The notes below the pieces were generated by a model, which had not been told where the DNA came from, searched no databases, and worked only from the letters and a program-made list of their open reading frames with translations. Source: an uncultured virus (IMG/VR IMGVR_UViG_3300022555_000047) (taxonomy: Duplodnaviria > Heunggongvirae > Uroviricota > Caudoviricetes). Taken from it: a stretch of 64,000 nt of DNA. Below, one piece after another: positions 1-10,549 of this stretch. Position 1 is the first letter of the stretch. The number at the start of each line of letters is the position of its first letter. Location of the stretch: IMG/VR virus record IMGVR_UViG_3300022555_000047; one strand, written 5' to 3'. The translations under genes were made by a program, and so were the position numbers.

Positions 1-67
1 AACCTAAACCAACTTTATCAGTTAGTGTTGATGGATATAATCTTCCGTTTACTGCATCACGAGACCA
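1..67. repeat. 67-bp exact direct repeat, copy 1 (may extend beyond the window start)
   Basis: aacctaaacc...tcacgagacca is identical to 38235-38301; encodes WSRDAVNGRLYPSTLTDKVGLG on the minus strand. Confidence 0.95.
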
Positions 68-658
68 TAATTCTTCGCCAGCACCTCCTCCTTCATTTAT
101 TTGGTCTTGTAATCTTTTCAAATCAGAAAAACTTGGTCCCATTGTAGGATTAAAAGCATTCATCTTGGCTATCTTTTCAATATCCTCTAGTCCTTCAACT
201 CGTTCCTTTTTTATTAAGTCTTTACCTTTATTTATTTTATAAATTATTTGGTCGGGTTCTTCATAAAGAGCCTTTTCTACTATATTTTTAGTAACTATCG
301 GTGTTTCACGAATAACCTCTGTCTTTTCAATTATTTTTTCTACGATAGTCGTATCACCCTTGTCGCCTTTTTCTCCTTTCTCACCTTGAATACCTTGCTC
401 TCCTTTTTCTCCTTGATCTCCTTTGATAGGTTCAGGTATTTCTATTGCATTAACTACTTCTTCAAAAGAAGGAAATGAGTCTTTAACTTCGGCTATTTGG
501 TCGGCTAATTTCTTATCAAACTCGGCTACTATTTCTGTGTCGGCTTGTTCTAACTCTTCTTGGACTGTGTCTATATGTTTTAAAAGAGCAACCTCGGAAG
601 GGCTTTTTAGTTCGGTTACGAGTTTTAGTTTTTTTGCTCTTTTTTTAACTTCTTCCAT
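1..658 (-). CDS. collagen-repeat tail fibre protein, N-terminal part (phage A; runs off the window start)
   Basis: Hand translation from ATG 658 is open to base 1 (MEEVKKRAKK...GDQGEKGEQGIQGEKGEKGDKGD...GEELWSRDAVNG); continues in frame into 38234-37306 if circularised. Confidence 0.8.
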   Translation of the reverse strand, partial: MEEVKKRAKKLKLVTELKSPSEVALLKHIDTVQEELEQADTEIVAEFDKKLADQIAEVKDSFPSFEEVVNAIEIPEPIKGDQGEKGEQGIQGEKGEKGDKGDTTIVEKIIEKTEVIRETPIVTKNIVEKALYEEPDQIIYKINKGKDLIKKERVEGLEDIEKIAKMNAFNPTMGPSFSDLKRLQDQINEGGGAGEELWSRDAVNGRLYPSTLTDKVGLG

Positions 659-761
659 TGTTTTTATTTCTTATATGTGGTAATATTAAGTTATGTTTAA
701 ATGTTTACTACAAGCTATTCGTGATATATTTTATGACCTTGAAAGGGGTCATTGGTGGTAA

Positions 762-2300
762 TTATTTTGGTGGTATACTTTTATTTAAATACTCTTGCAT
801 TTTTGTAAATGCTTCAGGATTTGTTATTTTAAGATTTTGTAAAAATGAATCTCTCATTGGATTTGTCATATTTTCTATAAATTTTTCTACTACTTTACCT
901 ATTTGATAACCAGCAAAAGAAGATACAACATCGCCACCAAACATAGCCCCAAGTTTAGCCCCACCAAATTTTGCAACATTTCTAGCTATATTTTGAACAA
1001 TATCAACAGGAGCTTTAACTCCATTTAAGGATTTTAAATAATCTGCTGCTCTATAATTTTTAGATTGTTCAGCAAAAAAATCTTCAATAGGTAAATCTTT
1101 TGGAGCTTTAGTAATAAGTTGAGTTCGTAAATTATCTGCAATAGCACGATTAGCTATTGCATCATTAGTATCAGCATTACTTTTAAATTGACTATATCCC
1201 CCATTTTTATCGTAAGTTATTTTTTCATCTAACATATTTGTTAGACTCATACCATCAGGGTATTTTCTTTGCAAGGCTTCTAGTTTTGTATTTAATCTTT
1301 TTGTTATCATTTCTGCATCATCTGGGGTAACACCAAAGTCATTCGCCTTTGGTTTAATATCAGTAATTTGTGTTTTTTCAACAGTATAATCTGCTTTTTC
1401 TAATGAAGGTCGTAAAATATCACGACTCAGTTTCCCTGTATCTGCTCTTAATTGTTTAACAGTATCTAATGTTAAATACTTCCCATCTTCAATATGAGCA
1501 AAAGGATTAAGTCCATTTTGTGCTAGAGTTTTTGTTACTTCTGGGTCTTTTTCTAATACTGCCCTTGCATTGTTATACTTTGGTTCATTTAAAGTAGTTG
1601 GTTTAGCCCAGTCATCTGCTACACTTTGCAAATTTATTTTCATTTCTTCAGGTGTCATAGGTTTTTCAGTAGTTAAATCTGAAACTTTATTCTTTATAGC
1701 ATTTACTCCTGTATTAACTGCATTTGATATTTCAGGTGCTTTTTCTACTACTTTTTCTCCACCTTTAGTCATTAAAATAGTATTAGCAATAGTTCCTAAA
1801 TTACTCAAATCTTTAAGAGGTTGAGTTGCTTTAGTAAAATCTTCTTCTGACATATTACCTAATTCTTTTTGAAATTCAGGAGTATATAATTTAGATAATT
1901 GTTCGCCTGCAAAATTTACTCCTTTGCCAAAAACTTCGCCAATTTGTTTTAGTATTGGTAGTTGTCCTACAGAACTAAAAACATCAGTAGTAGCTTGTAT
2001 TCCTTTTGATAAAGGAGAACCTTGAGTATTAGGTGATAAATCATTTTTTACCTGACTAATAGTATTACTAATTATTCCTTTATCTGTATTTGGTGTTCCA
2101 TCTTGGTTTTTTATTCCCATAGATACTTCATAGGGAGTTGCAGGAGGAGTTGGTGCTTGCCCATAAGTAGCCTGGAACTGTGCTTTTGTCATAGTTATAG
2201 GTGTTTGGTCTACTGGTGGGGATTGCACTACAGGGGCAGGCACGTTTGGTGGTGCTCCATAAGTTGCTTGGTATTCAGCTCTTGTCATTGTTATAGGCAT
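762..2300 (-). CDS. putative DNA ejection / internal virion protein
   Basis: 512 aa helical, after tail genes; N-terminal PITMTxAxYQATYG repeat shared with 61647-63650. Confidence 0.55.
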   Translation of the reverse strand: MPITMTRAEYQATYGAPPNVPAPVVQSPPVDQTPITMTKAQFQATYGQAPTPPATPYEVSMGIKNQDGTPNTDKGIISNTISQVKNDLSPNTQGSPLSKGIQATTDVFSSVGQLPILKQIGEVFGKGVNFAGEQLSKLYTPEFQKELGNMSEEDFTKATQPLKDLSNLGTIANTILMTKGGEKVVEKAPEISNAVNTGVNAIKNKVSDLTTEKPMTPEEMKINLQSVADDWAKPTTLNEPKYNNARAVLEKDPEVTKTLAQNGLNPFAHIEDGKYLTLDTVKQLRADTGKLSRDILRPSLEKADYTVEKTQITDIKPKANDFGVTPDDAEMITKRLNTKLEALQRKYPDGMSLTNMLDEKITYDKNGGYSQFKSNADTNDAIANRAIADNLRTQLITKAPKDLPIEDFFAEQSKNYRAADYLKSLNGVKAPVDIVQNIARNVAKFGGAKLGAMFGGDVVSSFAGYQIGKVVEKFIENMTNPMRDSFLQNLKITNPEAFTKMQEYLNKSIPPK

Positions 2301-2301
2301 A

Positions 2302-4644
2302 TTAGTCAGTGATTATTATTTGTCTTCCGTCTGGTGCTTTAATAGGTGTTCCTGTTGCTTGAGTTTTTAATGTTGCTGGGGTAGCGTTTGGTAAGAATGT
2401 TTTAATGGTTTGATTTAGAAGATCAAGTGTTCTTTGCATTTTTTCATTACCAATTTTTTGAGAATCAATATTACTAGAAAATCCACCTGTTACTCCTCCA
2501 GTTATTCCTCCTCCAATAGCTCCAGGAATTGCACCGATTCCACCTGCTACAAAACCAACACCAGCACCACCTGCTGCACCAATTCCTACTCCCTCAAGTG
2601 CATTTGTTAAATGGAACCCATAACCTGATAAATCAGGAAGTGCAGATTCTGCAGTAGATAATAAACTTCCCTTAGGTGCAGATTGAGATAATGCTCTGAT
2701 TTGTTGTGCTAAATTTTCTCTGTTATTATTAAATACTTGAATATCTGCATTTTTATTAGTATCAAATAATTTTCCAAATAGAGATGATACTTGTAATCCT
2801 ACTTTACCAATAGTTCCACTAGGAGCAATTTTATTCCAAGCAGGAGCCATGATATCAGTAATATTGCGTATTGCTTCATCTGCTCCGTTAACTATTGCTA
2901 CTTGGTCGGCATTTAATATAGGCACAAGTCCTTTAGTACCTGAAGAATAATTTTGAGCTATTATTTTCATACTTTCAGGAACTTTTGAAGAATCAATATA
3001 TGTAGCTCCAGTTGCTACTGAAGTCATCATCGCAGGTTGCAAGAAAGCTGGAGCATTTTTAACTAACATTGAAGCTTTCTGTTGAGGAGTTAATTCTTGT
3101 CCTGCGTTTGGTTGCGTTGGGTCTACTTGGTTTGGTTGAACTTTTCTTTGAGCTAGATTTTTTGCAATAGCATCTACCCCTTCTTGTGGTTTCATTTTTA
3201 CAGTTTTTCCTATCTTCATATTAAAATCTGTATTACCAACATTTCCCCAATTACATTCTTTTGCTCCTTTACTTCCATCTGTTCCACATTGAGTTTCTGC
3301 TTGCATAACACCGATTATAGTTGTTGCATCTACACCATATTTTTGTGCGGCAGACATTACCATTTGTCCTGTTATGGGACTATTTTTTGCTACTGAATTT
3401 ATTGCTAATTGTGCAGAATTTACATCTGTGATATTTCCAACAGTTGTTTGAATTTTAGCAGTTGTAGCTTTTATATTATTTACTTGTGTTTGGGTAGCCG
3501 AAGCATAAGCTCCCATTGTAGTTGATGCTCCCATTTGATAACCTTCGCCATTTGCTCCTAGGATAGTAGTGTCCGTAGAGCCAGTTTGCCCTAATACATT
3601 TCCACCATTTTTAACTTGCATTTGTCCTGTCTTTGTATTGAACCCTGAATAAATAGGAAGCCCTGTATTTGGATCAAAACCAGTTTGAACTGGTTGATAA
3701 GTCCCTTGTTGTAAATATCCACCTGAAGCTTGTGCTACATCACCTATTGTTCCACCTTGGGTCATTATTTGACCCATAGCATCTAGTGTTTTTTGGTTAG
3801 CCCCTTGTGCAGCTGCATCTTTAATCATTTGTACTTGGGTATCTTTTATTAAGTGGTCATTATATACCCCTTGTGTATATGTTTGATTTTGAACTTGAAG
3901 TTGAGCATTAAACTTTTCAGTTTGTGCTTCAGAAAGTAAATCTTTGTTTTGTTGTAAGAACTGCATACCAAAATCAATACTATCTTTTATGGGAGCATAT
4001 TTTAATTCTATTTGGTGATTGATTATGTTTTCAGCGTTTGTATAGTTTGTAGAAGCGATACTTGCTTGAATAGCGGTGTTGGTTAAATCATAACCATGCT
4101 GTTGTTGTAGGCTACTTATTTGTTGTGCGGCTTGTTCTCGTGTTACTCCTGGCTTATTAAATATATCGTTATATTGAGCATTATAAGCGGCACTTTGAGT
4201 TAGGTATTGATTATTTAGAGAATTAGAGAGAGCTTGCATTTGCAAAACTCCTGCGTCTTGTTCTTTTTGTAATTGTTCTGTTCCTTTTCCTAGATATTGA
4301 TTTATAAGTCCAGTAGTTTGTTCTTTTTGCTGATTGTAAGAGTCTAATTGATTTTGATAGTTTTGTCCTGCAAGTCCTAAAATCGCTCCTTGACTAGCTC
4401 CAATAGCTTGATTAGCAGCAGTTGAAGTTCCTTGAGCTGGTGGTGGAATTACTACTGATTTTGTATTTCCTATATTACTTGCATTAGGAATATTGTTTAC
4501 TGGAGTAGTATTTACAATATTTGCATTAGGAGACGAAAGACCTAAAGATTTACCATAGGCAGTTGGTTGTCCAGTATTTATATCATACCTTGGAGTATTA
4601 GTATAATCTGGTTGAGTGTTTTGATTTGTATTTTGTAGATTCAT
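2302..4644 (-). CDS. putative ejection protein with lysozyme-fold (glucosaminidase/SLT-like) domain and glycine zipper
   Basis: Q/N-rich N-terminus; AAQKYGVDATTIIGVMQAETQCG motif; GxxxG run near the C-terminus. Confidence 0.6.
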   Translation of the reverse strand: MNLQNTNQNTQPDYTNTPRYDINTGQPTAYGKSLGLSSPNANIVNTTPVNNIPNASNIGNTKSVVIPPPAQGTSTAANQAIGASQGAILGLAGQNYQNQLDSYNQQKEQTTGLINQYLGKGTEQLQKEQDAGVLQMQALSNSLNNQYLTQSAAYNAQYNDIFNKPGVTREQAAQQISSLQQQHGYDLTNTAIQASIASTNYTNAENIINHQIELKYAPIKDSIDFGMQFLQQNKDLLSEAQTEKFNAQLQVQNQTYTQGVYNDHLIKDTQVQMIKDAAAQGANQKTLDAMGQIMTQGGTIGDVAQASGGYLQQGTYQPVQTGFDPNTGLPIYSGFNTKTGQMQVKNGGNVLGQTGSTDTTILGANGEGYQMGASTTMGAYASATQTQVNNIKATTAKIQTTVGNITDVNSAQLAINSVAKNSPITGQMVMSAAQKYGVDATTIIGVMQAETQCGTDGSKGAKECNWGNVGNTDFNMKIGKTVKMKPQEGVDAIAKNLAQRKVQPNQVDPTQPNAGQELTPQQKASMLVKNAPAFLQPAMMTSVATGATYIDSSKVPESMKIIAQNYSSGTKGLVPILNADQVAIVNGADEAIRNITDIMAPAWNKIAPSGTIGKVGLQVSSLFGKLFDTNKNADIQVFNNNRENLAQQIRALSQSAPKGSLLSTAESALPDLSGYGFHLTNALEGVGIGAAGGAGVGFVAGGIGAIPGAIGGGITGGVTGGFSSNIDSQKIGNEKMQRTLDLLNQTIKTFLPNATPATLKTQATGTPIKAPDGRQIIITD

Positions 4645-4646
4645 AT

Positions 4647-6512
4647 TTATGATGATGGATTATAATTTTGGTTGATAATGATTAGTTTTTCAAGTTCATC
4701 TTTCCCTGTGAATAACATCCACACTTTAAATTGAATCCAGTTCGCTAGTTTTCCTATACCTTCTTGATCAAATGTTACTCCGTCTGTTATTGAGTTATTA
4801 TAAGTTATTGGCATAGGATATTTAGTCCAATTTTGAAATCTTGCTATTGCTGTTTGATTAGAAGCACCAGTATAAGTTTCATCTACTGTGACTGTCCAAG
4901 TTCCACTATTTAAAACAGCATTTGTAATATGTGAACATCTACCAGCTCCGATACCATTTAAAACTTCTACTTCTCCACCAATTCCAACAGTCCAATAGTT
5001 TGAAATATTTACTGCAGAGTTTAAAACTGTAAAAGTTGTAGTAGAAGTCCAAGTTATCGTAGCTTCTACTGGTTCTTGTTCTGAAATCCTATATTTAACT
5101 GTAATTTTATCAGTTGCACCTATAAGTTGTTTATATAAAACATATAAATTTTGATACATATTTTGAATTGATGGATTACCATTAGCATCAATAGCTTGAA
5201 GCTTTGTTGTTATAAAAGATCCAGCCTTTTGCTTTGTTCTATTAGAATCATCATACCAAATGCCATTTAGAGCAGTTGTGGCGTCTGTATATATGGTTGC
5301 TCCAGCTAGAAAAGTACCATTTCTAGTGCTCCCAGTTGAAGGAAAATTAAGTTCACTTAAAGCTCCAACTGCTGACACTTTAGTCTGTCCAAAATCTTCA
5401 TTGTCTACTCTTGTTGCACTCCTATCTAAATATGAAAGAGAATATTTATGTTTTAAATCTTTTGTAGTTTCATCATATTCATATATTCCTGCTGGTATAG
5501 TTTCCTCTGTATCTAAAAGAGTATTATAGTTTCTAGTATCTATGAGTACACATATTTTTCCTTTAATGATACTCATCCCATTTGAATGGATAAATCTATT
5601 ACCATTATCTGAACGAACTAATGGATTATATAAAAGAAAGTTATCTTTACGATTTAATCCTGTAAGTTTAACAAAAGTTCCACCATTCCAATAAAGTAAA
5701 TTTCCATAGACATCCATGACATAAGGAATGTCATCTTTAATCACACAAGAAAGTGTACCCGATGATTCAAGTCTATATGATTTTGTTACTTGCGTAGCCG
5801 TGCCATCCCATTCATAAATATAACCTTTTCCTCCTAATTGATTTATTGTTCCAATCCAAATACGATTAGACGATGAACGTAACCAAACTATTTGGTTAGC
5901 TCCTCCACCACCTAATTCTACTGTGTATGCTCCTGAAGTAGCCACCGTATCGGAAGTATCCCAAGAAATAATATTAGAAGAATTACGAGACATATACATT
6001 CTACTAGCATAAGAAGTTAAATGTTTTTCCGTTACATCCGTACCTCCTGCTGTAAAGTTTGTTATATTTGGGCTAGCAGTATTTAAACTTGCTATTTTAT
6101 TTACTACATTAGTATTTCCTGTAGTATAAAGATAACCATTAAAAAGTTCCATATCAGAAGCTCCTGAAAGATTTGTTGGCAAAGAGCCTGAATTAGGAGT
6201 AATCGTATTAAAAGATCCACTTATAACTCCATTATTATTTAAAAGTTTTGCACCAGCTATTGTATAAATCCAAGGGGTTGAATCAATCGCTTTAAAAACA
6301 ACTGGTAATCTCATTTCACTAACTGATGATATTCCATATCCTGAAGTATCTGAAGTATTTAAAAGCATTCTATCTCCAACTCTTAATTTTCCAATATTTG
6401 AACTTGTATCTATATTTGTAGTAGTCCAAAGTGAACCATTAACATCAGAGTCATTTGGTTGATTCCATTGAGGTAAAGAATATACATTTGGTGCTTTAGG
6501 AAGTGTAATCAT
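4647..6512 (-). CDS. putative tail nozzle / stabilisation protein (beta-rich)
   Basis: 621 aa beta-strand-rich, between adaptor and ejection genes as in podoviruses. Confidence 0.55.
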   Translation of the reverse strand: MITLPKAPNVYSLPQWNQPNDSDVNGSLWTTTNIDTSSNIGKLRVGDRMLLNTSDTSGYGISSVSEMRLPVVFKAIDSTPWIYTIAGAKLLNNNGVISGSFNTITPNSGSLPTNLSGASDMELFNGYLYTTGNTNVVNKIASLNTASPNITNFTAGGTDVTEKHLTSYASRMYMSRNSSNIISWDTSDTVATSGAYTVELGGGGANQIVWLRSSSNRIWIGTINQLGGKGYIYEWDGTATQVTKSYRLESSGTLSCVIKDDIPYVMDVYGNLLYWNGGTFVKLTGLNRKDNFLLYNPLVRSDNGNRFIHSNGMSIIKGKICVLIDTRNYNTLLDTEETIPAGIYEYDETTKDLKHKYSLSYLDRSATRVDNEDFGQTKVSAVGALSELNFPSTGSTRNGTFLAGATIYTDATTALNGIWYDDSNRTKQKAGSFITTKLQAIDANGNPSIQNMYQNLYVLYKQLIGATDKITVKYRISEQEPVEATITWTSTTTFTVLNSAVNISNYWTVGIGGEVEVLNGIGAGRCSHITNAVLNSGTWTVTVDETYTGASNQTAIARFQNWTKYPMPITYNNSITDGVTFDQEGIGKLANWIQFKVWMLFTGKDELEKLIIINQNYNPSS

Positions 6513-6790
6513 ACATTTAATATTAAAAGACCTGAATTAAATGTTAATGTTTTAGTTGTTTTAGTTAAACTGTAATTTCCTCCTCCAAGATTATTTAAAA
6601 CTACATCTGAAACATAAGTAAAAGTTCCTGTAAAATTAGGTGAAGGAAATCCAAGTCTTTCTCTAAAAGCAGTTTCTATATTTCTAGGTATCTGCGAAGA
6701 ATTACTTAATTGATTAAATTTCTGAGTTAGTTCATCTATTTGTTTTTGTAATTGTATTAAATCCATTATGATTTGTTTTGATCTGTCCAA
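6509..6790 (-). CDS. small virion-module protein
   Basis: Coiled-coil N-terminus; ATGA overlap with the next gene. Confidence 0.45.
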   Translation of the reverse strand: MDRSKQIIMDLIQLQKQIDELTQKFNQLSNSSQIPRNIETAFRERLGFPSPNFTGTFTYVSDVVLNNLGGGNYSLTKTTKTLTFNSGLLILNV

Positions 6791-7599
6791 GTTGTTAAAT
6801 GTTTTAATTGATTACTCCATCTTGAAAAAATAGTTTTTAATGCATTAAAAATATAAATTGCTGGAGTACATAACATTAAAAATGTTTTAAAATATCCTGC
6901 TGATATACCTGTAAAAAGAAAAGCATTCGGAGTACAAGCTAGTGTATAAATTGTTGGTGGAATTGCATAGGTTATATAAACTGCACCATTTCCTCCTGCT
7001 CCATTATTCCAAGCACCTCCTCCACCAAAAATTCCTCCATTTAATACTGAGCCAGATGCTCCACCATAACCTAAATATGTTCCTCCTCCTGCACCAGCTG
7101 TTCCACCACCTCCACCACCACCTCCCCCCAATGTACCTCCAACTCCACCAGTTCCACCACTTCCTGAAGTAGCATTAGCACCATTTGCAGTTGTACCAGC
7201 ACCTCCTCCACCACCATAAATACTTCTAGCTGCACCTCCACTAAATCCACTATCTCCTGTATATCCACCATAACCTCCACCTGTAGAATCACCCATTGCT
7301 CCTCCTTGACCACTAACAGTTGATGTATTTATAAAATAACTTGTAACACCATCATAAAAAGGAGAACCTCCATTCCCAACCACAAAAGCATAATTATTTC
7401 CAGGCGTTACTGAATAATTATTTTTCTTTCCGTATCCTCCACCTCCTCCACCTGAACTTGCTCCCTTTCCACCTCCTCCTCCCCAACATTCTACAACAAC
7501 AGAAGAAACACTAGCAGGACAAGTCCAATTACTTGACTGTGGAGTCGTGTAAATTTCACTTCTTAATCCTGAATGGTCTATTATGTGGTCTGCTGCCAT
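6766..7599 (-). CDS. glycine-rich tail/virion protein
   Basis: WTCPASVSSVVVECWGGGGG...GGNGAVYITY, typical phage glycine-rich domain. Confidence 0.7.
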   Translation of the reverse strand: MAADHIIDHSGLRSEIYTTPQSSNWTCPASVSSVVVECWGGGGGKGASSGGGGGGYGKKNNYSVTPGNNYAFVVGNGGSPFYDGVTSYFINTSTVSGQGGAMGDSTGGGYGGYTGDSGFSGGAARSIYGGGGGAGTTANGANATSGSGGTGGVGGTLGGGGGGGGGTAGAGGGTYLGYGGASGSVLNGGIFGGGGAWNNGAGGNGAVYITYAIPPTIYTLACTPNAFLFTGISAGYFKTFLMLCTPAIYIFNALKTIFSRWSNQLKHLTTWTDQNKS

Positions 7600-7603
7600 A
7601 AAA

Positions 7604-8020
7604 TTATGCTAATGTTAATAATCCACTTGCAAAAGTCATTGTAAATTGGTCACCATAAACTCCATTTAAAGTAACTTCTGAACCATAATCAAACCAACCG
7701 ATAACATTTTTTGAAGTAGCTGAATCGTTGTAAACTACTACATATCTAAACGGACCAAAATTTCCAGTTTGCGAAGTTCCTGTCCAAGTAGAAGCATTTA
7801 AAGTAGCTGTTCCAGTTGCTTGAGTATAAGTAACTCCTGTTAAAGCTACTGAGGTAGCCATATTAGTTAAAGCAAGAGGTGATACTATATCTGCATAAAC
7901 ATGTGTTGCAGTTGTAGGTGCAGTATCTGTAAATGCAAGTTTTAAAGTAGCTGTTGTTAGATTATGAATTGCTGTTCCTAAATCTACTGTAAAGAAATAA
8001 TTTTTTTGTAATTGTGCCAT
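7604..8020 (-). CDS. virion structural protein
   Basis: GPFRYVVVYND...IGWFDYGS motif common in phage structural proteins. Confidence 0.6.
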   Translation of the reverse strand: MAQLQKNYFFTVDLGTAIHNLTTATLKLAFTDTAPTTATHVYADIVSPLALTNMATSVALTGVTYTQATGTATLNASTWTGTSQTGNFGPFRYVVVYNDSATSKNVIGWFDYGSEVTLNGVYGDQFTMTFASGLLTLA

Positions 8021-8026
8021 TTTGTT

Positions 8027-8779
8027 TTATCGCCAATTAAGACGTTTAGCTGATAATTTAACATGCTCATCTTTGTTTCTCAGAGCATAATTTTCTACCA
8101 AAGAATCTTCTCCTAATTGGACTAATTCGGAAAGAGCTTTGGCTACTGATAATTGTTTAAATACTGAATAATCTCTTGAAGCTATAAGTGCTACAAGTCT
8201 ATGATACATTGAATTAAATCCTGGAACTTTATTAGTATCTGAAGTTGCAAAATATGAAGGTGGTCTTTGAAACCATATTTTTAATCCATTAGTTGCTGTT
8301 ACTTGTGTTGCTAAAGGTTTCGGATATAAAAAGACAGAAGCACCTTGTTTGTCATAATATGTTGGGAGTCCAGGGGTTTTTAGTAAATCAGTTAAAGATT
8401 GGTCATAAACATCAGTTTCATCAAGTGGTGTAAGTTTTCGCCAAGCTCCTGTATTATCTAATACTTCTGCTCGTAAAATACGAAGCATTGAAATATCAAA
8501 ACTATAATCTTGTTGTTCTGAACCTGCGGTTGTTACTAAATTAGTTGTTGCTATTGGATAATCAGTATTATTTGTATCATCAAATTGCCAACGACCATCG
8601 GCAGTCATAATTAAATTGACTACTCTATTAAGAGCTTCGTTAATATTTCTAGTAAAAGTTGCTAATAATCCAGGGTCGCCTGAAATACGTCCATAAGAAT
8701 TATCACCAAAAACTTGTGATTCACATTCTTGAATTAATCCTGCCTTAGATGCACTTGTATCTGAAAATTGTAGAGACAT
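8027..8779 (-). CDS. head-tail adaptor (tail tubular A-like)
   Basis: INEAL, QQDYSF, GLPTYY, FLYPKP, HRLVAL motifs; size and position. Confidence 0.65.
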   Translation of the reverse strand: MSLQFSDTSASKAGLIQECESQVFGDNSYGRISGDPGLLATFTRNINEALNRVVNLIMTADGRWQFDDTNNTDYPIATTNLVTTAGSEQQDYSFDISMLRILRAEVLDNTGAWRKLTPLDETDVYDQSLTDLLKTPGLPTYYDKQGASVFLYPKPLATQVTATNGLKIWFQRPPSYFATSDTNKVPGFNSMYHRLVALIASRDYSVFKQLSVAKALSELVQLGEDSLVENYALRNKDEHVKLSAKRLNWR

Positions 8780-8847
8780 ATTAAAATAATATACTTTGTA
8801 TTAAAAAGTAGTTATTTTATTCGCACATATATGTAAAATACCTTTAT

Positions 8848-10041
8848 TTATAAGGCTTTTATCACTTTATTTATCGCATTAGAAAAATCATCTCCGTATT
8901 GCCAATTTTTCTTTACAAAGTCATAAGCATTTTCGCCAAGTTGTTTTCTTTTTTCTTCATGTAAGATTAAATCTTCAAGTGCATCAAACCATTCATTTTG
9001 TTTTACAAGTAATCCAGTCTTTTCGTGTTGAATAGTTTGTCTACCAAAACAATTAAAATAGTATGGATAAACTTTTGATGCAATTACTGGAATTTTATAC
9101 ATTGAATATTCCATCCATTTAATATGAGATTTGCAACGAGTAAAAGCACAGTCAGTTAATGGAGCTATCCCAATATCCCATTTAAGTGAAGCAAGATATT
9201 TAGGATATTCTTTAAAAGTCCAAGTTGAAGGTAAAATATCACAACGTTTTTTAGCTTCATCACTGAATGGTGTAAATAATTTAATATTGCTTTTTCCTAA
9301 AGCTCCCAAACTTTCAAAATATACATTTTGGTATTTTTCCATTATCTTGGCTAGAGCAGGGAACATCATTTCTAAATCATCATCATGAGAATTTGAACCT
9401 GAATATCCTATTACTATTTTATCTTTGTGTTTTGGAGCTGGCTTAAATTTCCAAATATTGGCATCATTCATGTTAGGAATTACAAAAATCTTTTTATCCA
9501 TTTTATAAACTTTCTTTAAATGTTCGGCTACTTTTTGTTTAAGTGGTTCAGTTGATACTGTTATAGCATCTGCAAAAGTTAAAATAGTAGACATAAAAGC
9601 TCTATCTTTTTTTGTTTCTTTAAATCTCTCATAAAGTTGATGGGTTGGTAGCACATCTAAATAGTTATCATCTAAATCAATTACTACTTTCTTTTTATAT
9701 TTATCTCGGTGATAAAAAATAGCTGAAGCTAAATGTGGGTCAGTAAAATAACAAGTCCAAAAAACATCATACTCTTTAAATATACGAGACCATCTCTGTT
9801 CTAGTGTTTCACCTTTCTTATCTAGTTTAACCCCTACTACTGAAACATCATGTCCTTTTAAATATTTAGCAGGTTGCACTATGCGATAGTATCCTACTCC
9901 ACCATAACCATCTTGTGATTGTCTGGCTACACTAGCACCAAAGTCATTACGAAAAAAAAGAACTTTCTTAACTTTGTTTTTTTTGTGGTCTTCCATAAGT
10001 ATGAGTTTTATAATGACAAGATTTACATAATGTTCGACCAT
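8848..10041 (-). CDS. glycosyltransferase (GT-B, GT4-like); probable start at 9996
   Basis: GGVGYYR, IDLDD, IGYSGSNSH, DIGIAPL, KSHIKWMEYS motifs. Confidence 0.85.
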   Translation of the reverse strand: MVEHYVNLVIIKLILMEDHKKNKVKKVLFFRNDFGASVARQSQDGYGGVGYYRIVQPAKYLKGHDVSVVGVKLDKKGETLEQRWSRIFKEYDVFWTCYFTDPHLASAIFYHRDKYKKKVVIDLDDNYLDVLPTHQLYERFKETKKDRAFMSTILTFADAITVSTEPLKQKVAEHLKKVYKMDKKIFVIPNMNDANIWKFKPAPKHKDKIVIGYSGSNSHDDDLEMMFPALAKIMEKYQNVYFESLGALGKSNIKLFTPFSDEAKKRCDILPSTWTFKEYPKYLASLKWDIGIAPLTDCAFTRCKSHIKWMEYSMYKIPVIASKVYPYYFNCFGRQTIQHEKTGLLVKQNEWFDALEDLILHEEKRKQLGENAYDFVKKNWQYGDDFSNAINKVIKAL

Positions 10042-10549
10042 TATTTATATTCCAAAGTTCATCACAATTTATTGCTTTTTCTACACAATCAATTTTACAC
10101 TCTTGGACAATTAAAGCTAATGGTTTTATATGGTCAGCTTCAATATAGCCTCCTCTCATAAAACAATGCTGACAAGTATAATTATCTCTTTTATAAATAT
10201 CTGAACGCCATAGACGATAATTAAAAGTATTTCTTATTTGCTGATGCAAAGAACTTAATCCACCTTTCCAATTATTATTTAATATACCAATTCTTTTTCT
10301 CATTGCTATTGCTGTTTGTGGTTTTGGTTTCCCTTTATGTGCTAAACTTATTTTCTTTTTAACTTCTTCAGAAACTTTATAACCTAATTTAGCTTTTCGC
10401 ATATTATCTCTCCATTCTTTTGAAAATGGTGGTCTAGGTCTTCCTTTATTTATATATGGTTTACTTTTTTTTCTTATTTTTTTATTTTTCATTTCTTTTT
10501 GGGTCATTAAAATTACCTGATAAGTTCTTATGCCAATGCATCTCAGCAA
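9968..10549 (-). CDS. NUMOD3-HNH homing endonuclease (probable start near 10492)
   Basis: SEEVKKKISLAHKG; RDNYTCQHC...ADHIKP...NGRTLCKSCH. Confidence 0.9.
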   Translation of the reverse strand: MLRCIGIRTYQVILMTQKEMKNKKIRKKSKPYINKGRPRPPFSKEWRDNMRKAKLGYKVSEEVKKKISLAHKGKPKPQTAIAMRKRIGILNNNWKGGLSSLHQQIRNTFNYRLWRSDIYKRDNYTCQHCFMRGGYIEADHIKPLALIVQECKIDCVEKAINCDELWNINNGRTLCKSCHYKTHTYGRPQKKQS

